64,000 bases of DNA from Chloroflexota bacterium (GCA_012514315.1 JAAZAN010000156.1:5311-69310); one strand, 5' to 3'; shown: positions 48,023-57,474, counted from the first letter of the stretch. Translations and numbers: made by a program. Notes: a model not told the origin generated them from the sequence alone.

Positions 48023-48939
48023 TCCTCCTGTGTGTCGGACATAGCAGACCCGAGGACGCCACCTTCGATAAGTATATCACGGAGCACATCCCGGTCGTCG
48101 GCATCTATGCCCTGCAACGGCAGTCGAACCGAACCGCCGCGATACCCCAGCATGTCCAGTGCTGCCTTGAGTCCGGCGATACCGAAACGCCCGGTGACAG
48201 CCGCGTTGACCGGCATCATCTGTCGCTGCAGCTCCAGCGCCTCCCCCCACCGACCAGCTTCCGTCAGCCGCTGAATGTCAATGGACTGTTGGGGGGCGAC
48301 GTTCGCCAGAGCCACCACACCCCCTACAGCACCCACTGCCAGTCCGGCGAACAGCACACCGGCCGTCCCAACAAGCACTTGAAAGCCCGCTGACGTTAGC
48401 CGGACGATGTCTGCAAGTTTAGCCACGTTTCCGCTGCTATCCTTGATGCCCGCAATGTTCGCATGTTCGGCCGCTCTCAGAATGATCGACACATCCATAT
48501 CAACGCGGGTGAACTTGGGTACGTTGTACAGAAGAACCGGGATCGGCGACGCGTCAGCGACGGCACAGTAGTAGCCCACAAGGCCATCGGGCTTCATCAT
48601 CGCTCCGTAGTAGTGTGGCGTCATCACCAAGACGGCATCCGCCCCCACCGCCGCCGCCTGCTGGGTCAGCGCGATCGTCTCGCGCGCTGACTCGCATCCG
48701 GTACCCGCGACCATCAGCTTGTCAGCGGGAATGGCGCGCCGCGCCCTCTCGAGAACGGCAATGCGCTCCCGATCATCCAGGAAGACCGCCTCACCGTTCG
48801 ACCCAAGCACGACGTACCCCGCAAGATCGTACGCATTCCAGCGCTCCAGGTTTGCGGACAGCGCCCCCAGATCGACATTCTCATCAGCATCGAACGGAGT
48901 TGGAATGGGTGGAAATACACCTCTCAACGACATCGACAT
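48019..48939 (-). CDS. DapA-family aldolase, HOGA1-type (4-hydroxy-2-oxoglutarate aldolase-like)
   Basis: PPIPTPF, GSNGEAVFL, AGTGCES, TPHYY, and the Schiff-base Lys in IAGIKDSSG. From memory it is collinear with mammalian HOGA1 through ..GAVGGVVALANV..NAAVTGRFGIAGLK. Confidence 0.7.
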   Translation of the reverse strand: MSMSLRGVFPPIPTPFDADENVDLGALSANLERWNAYDLAGYVVLGSNGEAVFLDDRERIAVLERARRAIPADKLMVAGTGCESARETIALTQQAAAVGADAVLVMTPHYYGAMMKPDGLVGYYCAVADASPIPVLLYNVPKFTRVDMDVSIILRAAEHANIAGIKDSSGNVAKLADIVRLTSAGFQVLVGTAGVLFAGLAVGAVGGVVALANVAPQQSIDIQRLTEAGRWGEALELQRQMMPVNAAVTGRFGIAGLKAALDMLGYRGGSVRLPLQGIDADDRDVLRDILIEGGVLGSAMSDTQEE

Positions 48940-48953
48940 AGATCAGAATCCTC

Positions 48954-50108
48954 CTACAGTGATTGTTCCAGAATCCAGCGCAACTCATCCTCTGTGAGAG
49001 AGATTGGATTTCCTTTCATACTGCTGGAACGGAGCGTGAGATTGATCACTGCCGGGAAACTCTCCTCCGTCATCCCATACTGTGACAATGGAGGCGTCGC
49101 GAGCGCCTGGCAGAGCTCCGCCACCCAGGCCAGACCATCCGCCGCGACGGCATCCACCGACCCGGTCAACCACCGTGCGATCTCGTCATAGCGCCGAAGC
49201 GCCTCGCCATCCGATGCTCTCCCTGTCAGCGCCCGCACATTCGCCGCCATCACGCAGGGCAACAACCGGCCACAGATCGCGCCGTGGGGCGCAGGAAACA
49301 TCCCACCCAGCACACCTGCGAAGCCATGTACCGCTCCAAGTTTGGCATTCGCCAGCCCCAGGCCGCCGAACAGACTCGCCAGGGCCATATCCTCGCGGGC
49401 TCCACAGTCGTCACCACTCTCAAACGCCCTGCGCAGCGAACGGGCCACACGCTGAATGCCCTCGCGGCACAGCCCATCCGTGATGGGATTGGCCTGATGG
49501 GACACGTAGGGTTCGATCAGTTGAGTGAAGGCGTCCAATCCGGTGCTGGCCGTGACCGACGGCGGCAAGCTGTGCGTCAACTCCGGATCGACGAGCGCAA
49601 GGCTCGGGAGAATCGTGGGGCCGCGCAGGCTGACCTTCACACGATGCTCCGGAGACTTGAGCACCGCGTTCGCCGTGACTTCCGTGCCGGTCCCCGCTGT
49701 CGTGGGGACAGCGATATGGGGCGCGGCCGGTCGCAGCAGCCGTTGCCCACGTCCGATCACCTCCAGATAGTCCAGCGGCACACCGCCATTGGTCAGAAGC
49801 GCTGCAACGGCCTTGCCGGCATCCAGCACACTGCCCCCACCCACCGATACGACCAGATCACACGTCTTTGCCCTGGCGCAGTCAACCAGATCTCGAACCA
49901 GATCAGTTGTTGGTTCGTCCGAGACAACCGCCGTAGTGATCACTACATCGTGCTCGCGCAGGGCCTCCGACACGCAGGCAGCCCTTCTGGGCGTTCGACC
50001 AGTGAGTAGAAGCGCGCGCCGGCCCATATGCGCTGCGGCAGGTCCCACCTCGCTCACTACGCCGGGACCGAAGACGATCCGCCCAGCCGTGGCAAACTCA
50101 AAATGCAT
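48954..50108 (-). CDS. Iron-containing (group III) alcohol dehydrogenase
   Basis: ATG 50108 follows GGAGAGGGGG. The product is MHFEFATAGRIVFGPG.., with VSVGGGSVLDAGKA and the metal-site region GAVHGFAGVLGGMFPAPHG. Confidence 0.8.
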   Translation of the reverse strand: MHFEFATAGRIVFGPGVVSEVGPAAAHMGRRALLLTGRTPRRAACVSEALREHDVVITTAVVSDEPTTDLVRDLVDCARAKTCDLVVSVGGGSVLDAGKAVAALLTNGGVPLDYLEVIGRGQRLLRPAAPHIAVPTTAGTGTEVTANAVLKSPEHRVKVSLRGPTILPSLALVDPELTHSLPPSVTASTGLDAFTQLIEPYVSHQANPITDGLCREGIQRVARSLRRAFESGDDCGAREDMALASLFGGLGLANAKLGAVHGFAGVLGGMFPAPHGAICGRLLPCVMAANVRALTGRASDGEALRRYDEIARWLTGSVDAVAADGLAWVAELCQALATPPLSQYGMTEESFPAVINLTLRSSSMKGNPISLTEDELRWILEQSL

Positions 50109-50267
50109 ACCGTGACACCCCCTCTCCACACCGACGCCAATTCTACAGGCCATCCAACTCCCACACAACTGGTCGCCCAATTTATGATTGGCTCGTCGTC
50201 TCCGTCACCGGAGCACCCGATGGCCCGATTGATGCCAGCCTAGACTGCAGTATCGCCTCAGAACCAG

Positions 50268-52328
50268 TCACGAGCACGAGGCCAGAACTGGAACTGCGAA
50301 GGCCCCCAGAGCTGCCCAGGCTCCCAGGCCAGGATACCCGAACCGATTCTCCCCGGTACCTGCACACACGACAATATCGCCCAGTTCTATGGCGTCGTTC
50401 GGCCAACGCTGGCCCTTCACACTTAGAGCCGGAAGCCGCAGGAGATCGGGCCAGTTATACATTCCGGCAACGAGTTGGTGTCGCCCGAGCGGTACGTCCT
50501 CCGGAACGGTCAGTACGTGCGGATCCGGGACCATCACTCCTTGCGGCCAATCCGCCGCCGACAGCAAGCCCATCACCGGGGTTCCATCGTGTTGGGCCAC
50601 AAGTTCGCCATCATCGCCCAACAGATGTACGAAGACGTGCGGGTCTCCCAGCACAGGCCCCATACGCATCCACATCAGTGTGACACTGATCGTATCACCT
50701 GGTTCAATCTCGGTATCCGAGATGGCCACATCGCGCAACGTGATGCCCGACCCCACCCACGAAGGTCCGTCCGTCAGGTCGAATGCGGCATCCTCGGAAT
50801 AGGCCATCTGATACACACGGGTCTCCCCCACCTCGGATCGTCGCTCTGCTACCACCGAAACCCATTCCTCGAAACCGTCCAGCTCTCCCAGGCGTCCGTC
50901 ACCGAGAACTACGAGTGCAGGCTGGTACGTGAGGATATCGCCCACGAGATCACCGCTAGTCACGAGCCCGGCCCGGATCGATTTGAAGGAGGCCTCCGTA
51001 AGCGCTGGCACCACCCATCGTCCGGTCGCGAATGCGAGGAAGGGGTCGTCCGATACCACGTATCCCCCTGCGGGCGCCTCCCTGAGCAGAACCCGTTGTA
51101 TCTTCCTGGCCTCGTCGGTCCAGGTACGCGTGGTCGCATCCAGGGTTGATGTCACGTTCTGAGTGCCCTGGATCCCGAATAAAAGCACATTCCCGGCAAC
51201 CAGTATGGCCAGCGCCCTCTGCCACTGTGACCACTCCCGCCCAGATCGAGAAGAGTCGATCAACCACGTCGCCACCTGCGCGACGCCGCCACTGGCCACA
51301 ATCACCACAGGAAGCGCCAGCAACAGGAGGTAGTGCAGCCAGATCGGCGACGTAACCAGAAGCGTCGCGCACGCACCGAAGAACCACGCATACACGACAC
51401 CCCAGCGACGCCGACCATCGACAGTCGCCCCAGCCATCGCCGAGTTCACAACCGCTAGGCCGAGGATCGCCGGCTGATCCATCAGATAGTCTCGGACATA
51501 CTCCCAATTATGACCGATCCGCTCCAGCACTCCGGTCGCCAGTCCCGATGCGTTGGTCGCGATGACCCACTCTGCATAAGCGGCGGCGTCGACGGGGATG
51601 AGCGTCAGAAGACAGCTTCCAGAGATCACGGCGACCAAGAACGCCATCTCCCGCCAGCCTGCCCGACATTCGCGTACTCGGCCCCCATCACACCAGGTAA
51701 TCGAGAGCAGGGGACGTCGTGACAGCAGGACGACACCGAGCGGTAATGCGGTATACACAACAAGTGGGTGGATCAGAACTGCTGCAGCGTATGTGAAGCC
51801 CGAGAGGACCAACCAGGTATACCGATGATGACCACGGCGGTGCAGCAAGGCAGCCGCCAACGACACGCTTGCCAAAGACGCAGCAGGTAAGTCAGCGACG
51901 ATTACGGCGGAACGTTCAATGAACTCGGGCAGACCGAGGCATAGCCAGGCCGCTGCCACACCCGCCCGCTCACCCCAGAGTCCCCAGGCGAACACTGTGA
52001 GCGCAACCATGCCAGCCAGATTGAGTAGCAGCACGATCAGCCGGCCGGTTTCCACCGAGGCGCCGCCCAGCCAGAAGGCAACCTGCAAGAGCCACACCAG
52101 GAGAGGTGGTTTGTTCAGCAGTATCTCAGTGTAGAGTGAGTGCCCGGCATTGGCTAACGCCGCTCGCTGCAGATACAGCCCCTCGTCATGGTCCCATGCA
52201 CAGGCGCTCAGATGAACCAGTCCATAGATCAGATAGGCAACGATAGGGATCAGCCACAGGACGAACTGGAGTCTTCTGCCCCCGGTCCTGTTATTCCAGC
52301 TCGCACTCACGCGCCTGTGCCCACTCAT
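50268..52328 (-). CDS. GT39/GT83-like (ArnT/PMT-type) membrane glycosyltransferase with a large C-terminal soluble domain
   Basis: It has more than 10 TM helices, and the first-loop acidic motif is WDHDEGLY. A non-membrane C-terminal region of about 270 aa ends in a hydrophobic segment, GLGAWAALGAFAVPVLA. Confidence 0.65.
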   Translation of the reverse strand: MSGHRRVSASWNNRTGGRRLQFVLWLIPIVAYLIYGLVHLSACAWDHDEGLYLQRAALANAGHSLYTEILLNKPPLLVWLLQVAFWLGGASVETGRLIVLLLNLAGMVALTVFAWGLWGERAGVAAAWLCLGLPEFIERSAVIVADLPAASLASVSLAAALLHRRGHHRYTWLVLSGFTYAAAVLIHPLVVYTALPLGVVLLSRRPLLSITWCDGGRVRECRAGWREMAFLVAVISGSCLLTLIPVDAAAYAEWVIATNASGLATGVLERIGHNWEYVRDYLMDQPAILGLAVVNSAMAGATVDGRRRWGVVYAWFFGACATLLVTSPIWLHYLLLLALPVVIVASGGVAQVATWLIDSSRSGREWSQWQRALAILVAGNVLLFGIQGTQNVTSTLDATTRTWTDEARKIQRVLLREAPAGGYVVSDDPFLAFATGRWVVPALTEASFKSIRAGLVTSGDLVGDILTYQPALVVLGDGRLGELDGFEEWVSVVAERRSEVGETRVYQMAYSEDAAFDLTDGPSWVGSGITLRDVAISDTEIEPGDTISVTLMWMRMGPVLGDPHVFVHLLGDDGELVAQHDGTPVMGLLSAADWPQGVMVPDPHVLTVPEDVPLGRHQLVAGMYNWPDLLRLPALSVKGQRWPNDAIELGDIVVCAGTGENRFGYPGLGAWAALGAFAVPVLASCS

Positions 52329-52417
52329 AGTCCGGAATATCTCCTCACCTGAAACGCGCCCGTTCCACCAGAGGCTGTTGAGCAGACTCCGTCGTAACGC
52401 AGCATATGGGACAGGGG

Positions 52418-53440
52418 CTACGTCGTGCCAAACTCGGCATCGGCTCGTTCCATCAACGCCTTGATGTACCCGATACTGTACGCCGTGCCAACCCGGTGAT
52501 CCTCCGTCATCAGCGGAATGTGATCGGCGATGATGACGCCATCGAAGTCAACGGCGCGCAGTGCTCTCATCACCTGATACATGTCCATATATCCATCGTC
52601 CAGAAACGTCTCGACGAAATGTGGCAACGGATGATTCACGTTGCGGAAGTGAACCTTGAACAGCTTGCCCCGCTCACCGAAGTAGCGGATGGTCTCGAGC
52701 ACATCCTTACCCATCAGCTCGCCGCCCTCCAGCCAGCATCCCACACAGAGACAGAGCCCGACATTGGAGCTATCGGCCATCTCCATCGCGCGACGGTAAC
52801 CCTCGAAGCTGCTGAATATGCAGCGCGGGACGCCGCCCAGCTCGGGTACGGGCGGATCGTCGGGGTGGATGCCTATCCGGACGCCCGCCTCCTCCGCAAC
52901 CGGCACAACGTGTCTGATGAAGTACTCGAAGTTGTCCCATATCTCTTCCTCCGAATACGCCCGCCCGTGCGACAGCGGCGCGTAGTACTTCACCGCGCCC
53001 CAGTCGCCGTACTCCGCCTTGTCCAGGTCAAAAGCCCGCGCCTGCGCCCCGCCGCGTGTTGGCTCCGACGCCGTGCTCCAGATGCCGTTCGCCATGTGAG
53101 CGTATGTCGTGTAACGAATCCCAGCACGACCCAGGTTGCGCACGTGCCGCTTGTACTCTTCGATCTTTTCGTCGCGGTTAGGCAAGTTGAGAACGATGGC
53201 GTCCTGATTGTGGACGTCACTGTTGCCAAAACCGTAGACGGTCAGCCCGGCCTCTTCGAAGAGCCTGCGGCGACTGGCGTAGTACTCGTGGCTCGCTTTC
53301 TCTCCGTCCGTCCAGAGCACGACATAGTCTACACCCATCCGCCGGATGAACGCCAGGTCGTCAGCAGACGGCTCTGACGTCACCTGCGCCGCGATCTTCA
53401 GACCTGGTTGAACCCCCTTGCGTGGTATCAGCATGTACAC
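52418..53440 (-). CDS. uxuA: Mannonate dehydratase (UxuA family, xylose-isomerase-like TIM barrel)
   Basis: VPVAEEAGVRIGIHPDDPPVPELGGVPRCI, NVGLCLCVGCW, KVHFRNV and DGVIIADHIP. Confidence 0.7.
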   Translation of the reverse strand: MYMLIPRKGVQPGLKIAAQVTSEPSADDLAFIRRMGVDYVVLWTDGEKASHEYYASRRRLFEEAGLTVYGFGNSDVHNQDAIVLNLPNRDEKIEEYKRHVRNLGRAGIRYTTYAHMANGIWSTASEPTRGGAQARAFDLDKAEYGDWGAVKYYAPLSHGRAYSEEEIWDNFEYFIRHVVPVAEEAGVRIGIHPDDPPVPELGGVPRCIFSSFEGYRRAMEMADSSNVGLCLCVGCWLEGGELMGKDVLETIRYFGERGKLFKVHFRNVNHPLPHFVETFLDDGYMDMYQVMRALRAVDFDGVIIADHIPLMTEDHRVGTAYSIGYIKALMERADAEFGTT

Positions 53441-53474
53441 ACTCCGTCAATGCAGCAGTGGACGGCGCCGTCGC

Positions 53475-54419
53475 TCACTTCGCCCTGTATCCGTGAGCCG
53501 TGGAGATCGCTGTCCGGATGTTATCCCAGTCGATGTCGCTAGGCAACGTACAGTCGGCGCCCAGAATAAAGCGATCAGGCGCATCGCCCAACACCTGCCG
53601 GGTCGCACGCTCGATCTCCTCAGGGCTCCCCGAGACGATGACACCGTGCCGGTCCATACCGCCCATATAGGGTCTGCCAAACATCCGAGCGATCTCTTCA
53701 CCGCTCAGCATTTCCGTTCCAACCTTCAGGCTACAATTCACCACGTGACCGGGATAGTCGAAGAAGGGCGTCAGGTCATCGTACCCACCGTGATAGTCAC
53801 ACACGTGAAGAATGTTGAACACACACGAACGATCCATCTCTTCCCAAAGCGCCAGATCATATGGCTTCACACACTCCGCGAAGAGGGCAGGATCCTCGAA
53901 CCGATGGCTCTCGCCGCCTTGCGTGGAGGCGTAGAAGCCATCGATGCCCAACCGAACACACGCCTTGACGAAGGTCATCAGGCTCGCGGTGATGACCTCC
54001 ATCCCCTTCTTAACCTGATCGGGATTGTCTTTGATATGCTCGGTGACTTGTTCGCGCCCCACCGTGTGACCGGCGCACATAAACGGCGAGTAGAGCGTCA
54101 TGACGACCAACGCCTCGGACTTAGCCGCCTCAACCAGCTCAGCAACAACACCCAACGGCCCCTCGAAAAAATCCTCGCCGTAGACGGGAATCTTCACCCA
54201 GTCAGCGGGAGTCTGGATCTCCGGCAGATACGGGAAGGGGTTCTCATACTGGATCTTGACAAAATCCATATCGGTGTACCGGAAGTACTCAAGATGTCGA
54301 TCGACCGCCGGCTGACCACGATGATGGTCGGGGTCGAAGTGCAGAAAGAATGCGGCCGGCACGTAATCCGGCTCAACCGTGGTATCCAGCAAGTTCAGGA
54401 CTCTGGATCGTTTGTTCAT
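53475..54419 (-). CDS. Uroporphyrinogen decarboxylase (URO-D) family protein, function unknown
   Basis: VPAAFFLHF..., FYASTQGGE, NILHVCDYHG and ILGADCTLP. The antisense 369-aa ORF is Arg-rich junk. Confidence 0.65.
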   Translation of the reverse strand: MNKRSRVLNLLDTTVEPDYVPAAFFLHFDPDHHRGQPAVDRHLEYFRYTDMDFVKIQYENPFPYLPEIQTPADWVKIPVYGEDFFEGPLGVVAELVEAAKSEALVVMTLYSPFMCAGHTVGREQVTEHIKDNPDQVKKGMEVITASLMTFVKACVRLGIDGFYASTQGGESHRFEDPALFAECVKPYDLALWEEMDRSCVFNILHVCDYHGGYDDLTPFFDYPGHVVNCSLKVGTEMLSGEEIARMFGRPYMGGMDRHGVIVSGSPEEIERATRQVLGDAPDRFILGADCTLPSDIDWDNIRTAISTAHGYRAK

Positions 54420-54547
54420 CGGTTACCTCCAACGGTACGCTCTCATGGCAGGGCTCTCAGGCGGGATCAGCGGGACTTACTAGATTCTTTGGCACTGCAC
54501 GGGATATCGACACAGAACAAGATCTGAGGCAGACAGGCAAGAAAACC

Positions 54548-54862
54548 TTAGCCCCACCCCGAATCGTCAGGGAACACGTTGGCGTACTTGACACTCCCGC
54601 GCGGCTCGGACATCATGTCGGCCACGGTGTCGCGCCATACCTGGTAATGGGATGTTTCCTTGTGTCGGGCCGGCTCGTCGGGCGTGCGATAGACCTCGAC
54701 GAGAACGAAGTGGGTGGGATCGTCGAGCTGCTGGACAACATCGAAGCGGGCGATACCGGGTTCCTGAACACTGTTGCGTGCATTCTCCATCGTCGCTGCC
54801 TTGAATGCGTCAACACACTCGGGCTTCACATGGACTTGAACGTGCACTACAAACATGGGCAT
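54548..54862 (-). CDS. Antibiotic biosynthesis monooxygenase (ABM) domain protein
   Basis: 104 aa. [62 protein letters not shown]. Confidence 0.8.
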   Translation of the reverse strand: MPMFVVHVQVHVKPECVDAFKAATMENARNSVQEPGIARFDVVQQLDDPTHFVLVEVYRTPDEPARHKETSHYQVWRDTVADMMSEPRGSVKYANVFPDDSGWG

Positions 54863-54988
54863 ACTCCTTTCCCCCGATGCAACCTACCAGCAAGGGCGTG
54901 CAGGCGACCTGCTGGTTGCGTGACTAAGGTACTATTGTACTCCAACTGGCCGGGACGCCAATCACCATCACCTTGTTCGCTTGTCCGT

Positions 54989-55017
54989 CCTGAGAACGCT
55001 GCCGCACCGTTCTCAGG
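54989..55017 (-). other. Perfect 10-bp hairpin at the 3' end of the radical SAM relic
   Basis: CCTGAGAACG-ctgccgcac-CGTTCTCAGG. There is no U-tract. Confidence 0.35.
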
Positions 55018-55841
55018 AGGCGCTCACCGGTGTTCCCGTGCCGATGTTCAACGGACGGTCAAGTGAGGAATACATGAAGAGTGTTGAGGAAAACCATCGC
55101 CAGGTCAGTTGGTGGGGTGAAGCCACTAGACTGGTGACGAACTGCTCGTCGAAATGCTCGGCGCTGTAGCTCAACCGGGTGGCATCGACCTCCTGCCCCT
55201 GGGCATCCACGCCGACATTGGCGTCCGTATTGAATGTGCGATAGGTGATGAATACGAGGCCGTGGACTTTGTCAATGTGCCCCTTACCCCACTGCACGAT
55301 GTCGGGAATTTCCTGGACGGTAGAAGGGCAGTCCGTCAGTTGAGGATCGCGATCAGCCCTTGCTCGGTGGGGACTCTGTCAGCGTAGTATTCACGCAGTT
55401 CGTTGTGCTGAGCCTCATTCCTGCCCTCCCACCGGGACGGTTCTGATGGCAGTCGATGTGGAGAGTGGAACCGGCCAGGCCGGCCCGTCTGGGTTGGCAC
55501 AGCAACCCCGGCGTCAGCTTGGCAGCATTCGTGAGCATGATGGGCTTGATACCGTTCTCCGCAATGAACGCCACGATCTCCACGATCTGCGGATGAACCA
55601 GCGGCTCGCCGCCGACAATAGAGACGTTGTCTGGCTTGCGCCAACGGTTGAAGAAGCGAACCTCCTCCCGAATCTGCTCCAGTGGCTTATGTCCCGGCAG
55701 TCTCTGGCGATAGCATCCCTCGCCGTGCAGATTGCAGAAGTCACTGATCTCCAGCCACGCGATGGGATTATCGTTCTTGGATCACGGAAACCGATACCGC
55801 GTGCATTTCTCCAGAGCCACATCACCCTCCACTGAGAGCAT
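55013..55841 (-). pseudogene. Decayed radical SAM enzyme gene (in-frame stop, lost cluster cysteine, at least 2 frameshifts)
   Basis: From ATG 55841 the sequence is MLSVEGDVALEKCTRYRFP-TGA-SKNDNPIAWLEISDFCNLHGEGCY..VSIVGGEPLVHPQIVEIVAFIAENGIKPIMLTNA. Protein-like sequence then continues in two other frames (..WEGRNEAQHNELREYYADRV.., ..QWGKGHIDKVHGLVFITYR..). Confidence 0.6.
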
Positions 55842-56184
55842 CGTCAGCCAACAGACAGCATGATACCAGGTCTTAGGCTCGCCCTGATGGAGTCATTTGG
55901 AGTCATTGTACCCTATCGCGCGAGGCCGCCAAGCATCAGAACCCCAGAGTGCTACACGCAGGAACCAGGAGCCGGCAGACTCGACCGACATAGACGGGTT
56001 GTCTCACAAACAGCAGGGAGTGATTGCGGGCGCAGGTGAACAGAGCATCCGCATCGTTTGCACCGACGTCCTACCAGAGTAGAATCGTTCGTAGTGACCG
56101 CTGCCAGCGCACCCTGACACAATCTAGCAGGGCGAACTGACCGGCGCCGGATTCAATCTAACGCGTCCGTAAAGGAGAGCGGAA

Positions 56185-57474
56185 ATGGAAACGCAGAGAC
56201 GAATGATCCTGTGTGCCTTCACTGTGCTGGCGCTTGCAGTCCTGGCCTGCAGCAACCCCGGGACTATGAGCACCCCCCCACCCGTCCAGCCTACCGCTCC
56301 GTTGCCCGCTGAGGTGGCGACATTGACGCCCGTTCCCACTGCCGAGCCCACAGTCACTCTCTCCCCCCCGAACGAGCCGCCCTCCGAGACACCGCGCTCC
56401 AAAGGCGAACAGGCAGCTATTGAGGTGATCAATGGTTCCAGCAGCGACGTCTGGCATCTCTACGTCTCACCGACGGAGTCGGACTCGTGGGGAGCTGACT
56501 GGCTCGGAGACACCATCATCGCAGCGGGGGACTCATTCGTTGTGGCCAACCTACCGCCGGGTGAGTATGACCTGCGCGCCGAAGGCGAGACTGGTTCAGT
56601 GATTGGAGAGCAATGGTCCTTCGCCGTCAGCGGTCGCGAGACCTGGGTGATCGGCGCCGAGGGTTCTGTGGAGCTGATCAACTACTCCGGGACGGTGGTG
56701 ACCGACCTGTACATCTCGCCCTGGACCAGCGACACGTGGGGCGACAACTGGCTCGACGATGACGTACTCGCCCCGGACACCAGCTACACCATCGAGGGTA
56801 TCGACAGCGGAATCTACGATATCCAGGTCCGAGACGCTTCGGATACGATCATCCAGACCTGGCATCGGGTCGATGTTGCGCCAGGCACACACCTGGAGGT
56901 CAGCGGACGCGCACCGTTGCCCCGCAACGCTGTACAACGACTGAACGAGAACTTTGATGACAATCGGAACCGCTGGGGCGACTTCGAAGAGCCCGAGGTG
57001 GAACCCTACTCTCCGGCTAACGGGGAATACTGCTTGCGCGTAGTCCCTGGCGACTGGGTGGGTTGGGAGTACTACACCCAGTTGAGCACGACCGCGTTCC
57101 TCGCCGAGCTCACGTGCAGCTATCCCGAATCGGATGCGGCGTGCGCACTGGGGTACTTCGCGGATGCCTCGAACTACTACTGGTTCGAGGTGGCAGCCTA
57201 CAGCCAGGCGTACGCGCTGTATGCACTGATAGATGGCGAATGGAGGTCCATCGTCGAGTGGACCTCATCATATGTCATCGATCCCACGGGCTACAACGGG
57301 CTGGCGATGGAACGGACCGGCGACACGATTCGCCTATACATAAACGGAATACCTGTGCAAGAGTTGGAGGATGATCTGATCCACACAGGTTGGATCGGCG
57401 TCGGTGGGGCCACTTTCGATGACGTCGATGTCACCTTCTGTATGGATCATGTGCGAATCTGGGAGCTAGAGTAG
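56185..57474 (+). CDS. Lipoprotein with a Pro/Thr linker, two tandem ~80-aa modules and a C-terminal LamG/concanavalin-like domain
   Basis: AGGAGAG lies upstream of the ATG, and the lipobox is LAVLAC. The C-terminus GWIGVGGATFDDVDVTFCMDHVRIW is paralogous to that of the 10309..10926 product. Confidence 0.65.
   Translation: METQRRMILCAFTVLALAVLACSNPGTMSTPPPVQPTAPLPAEVATLTPVPTAEPTVTLSPPNEPPSETPRSKGEQAAIEVINGSSSDVWHLYVSPTESDSWGADWLGDTIIAAGDSFVVANLPPGEYDLRAEGETGSVIGEQWSFAVSGRETWVIGAEGSVELINYSGTVVTDLYISPWTSDTWGDNWLDDDVLAPDTSYTIEGIDSGIYDIQVRDASDTIIQTWHRVDVAPGTHLEVSGRAPLPRNAVQRLNENFDDNRNRWGDFEEPEVEPYSPANGEYCLRVVPGDWVGWEYYTQLSTTAFLAELTCSYPESDAACALGYFADASNYYWFEVAAYSQAYALYALIDGEWRSIVEWTSSYVIDPTGYNGLAMERTGDTIRLYINGIPVQELEDDLIHTGWIGVGGATFDDVDVTFCMDHVRIWELE
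56416..56904 (+). repeat. Intragenic tandem duplication encoding two ~80-aa modules
   Basis: IEVINGSSSDVWHLYVSPTESDSWGADWLGD..GEYDLRAE aligns with VELINYSGTVVTDLYISPWTSDTWGDNWLDD..GIYDIQVR. The similarity is at protein level, and the DNA has diverged. Confidence 0.5.

Noticed and set aside
52406-54527. Two long plus-strand ORFs (323 aa and 369 aa) antisense to uxuA and the URO-D-family gene.
   Set aside because: The minus-strand products carry clear family motifs. The plus-strand translations are Arg-rich and featureless.
55782-55784. The in-frame TGA in the radical SAM gene as a possible selenocysteine codon.
   Set aside because: The same gene also has a lost cluster cysteine and at least two frameshifts. 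The position is not a known redox Cys, and I saw no obvious SECIS-like hairpin immediately downstream. Pseudogenisation is simpler.
55889-55908. A tandem 10-bp duplication, GGAGTCATTT GGAGTCATTG, upstream of the radical SAM relic.
   Set aside because: There are only two copies and no further instances. It could be an operator half-site pair or simple slippage, and there is not enough evidence to call it a feature.
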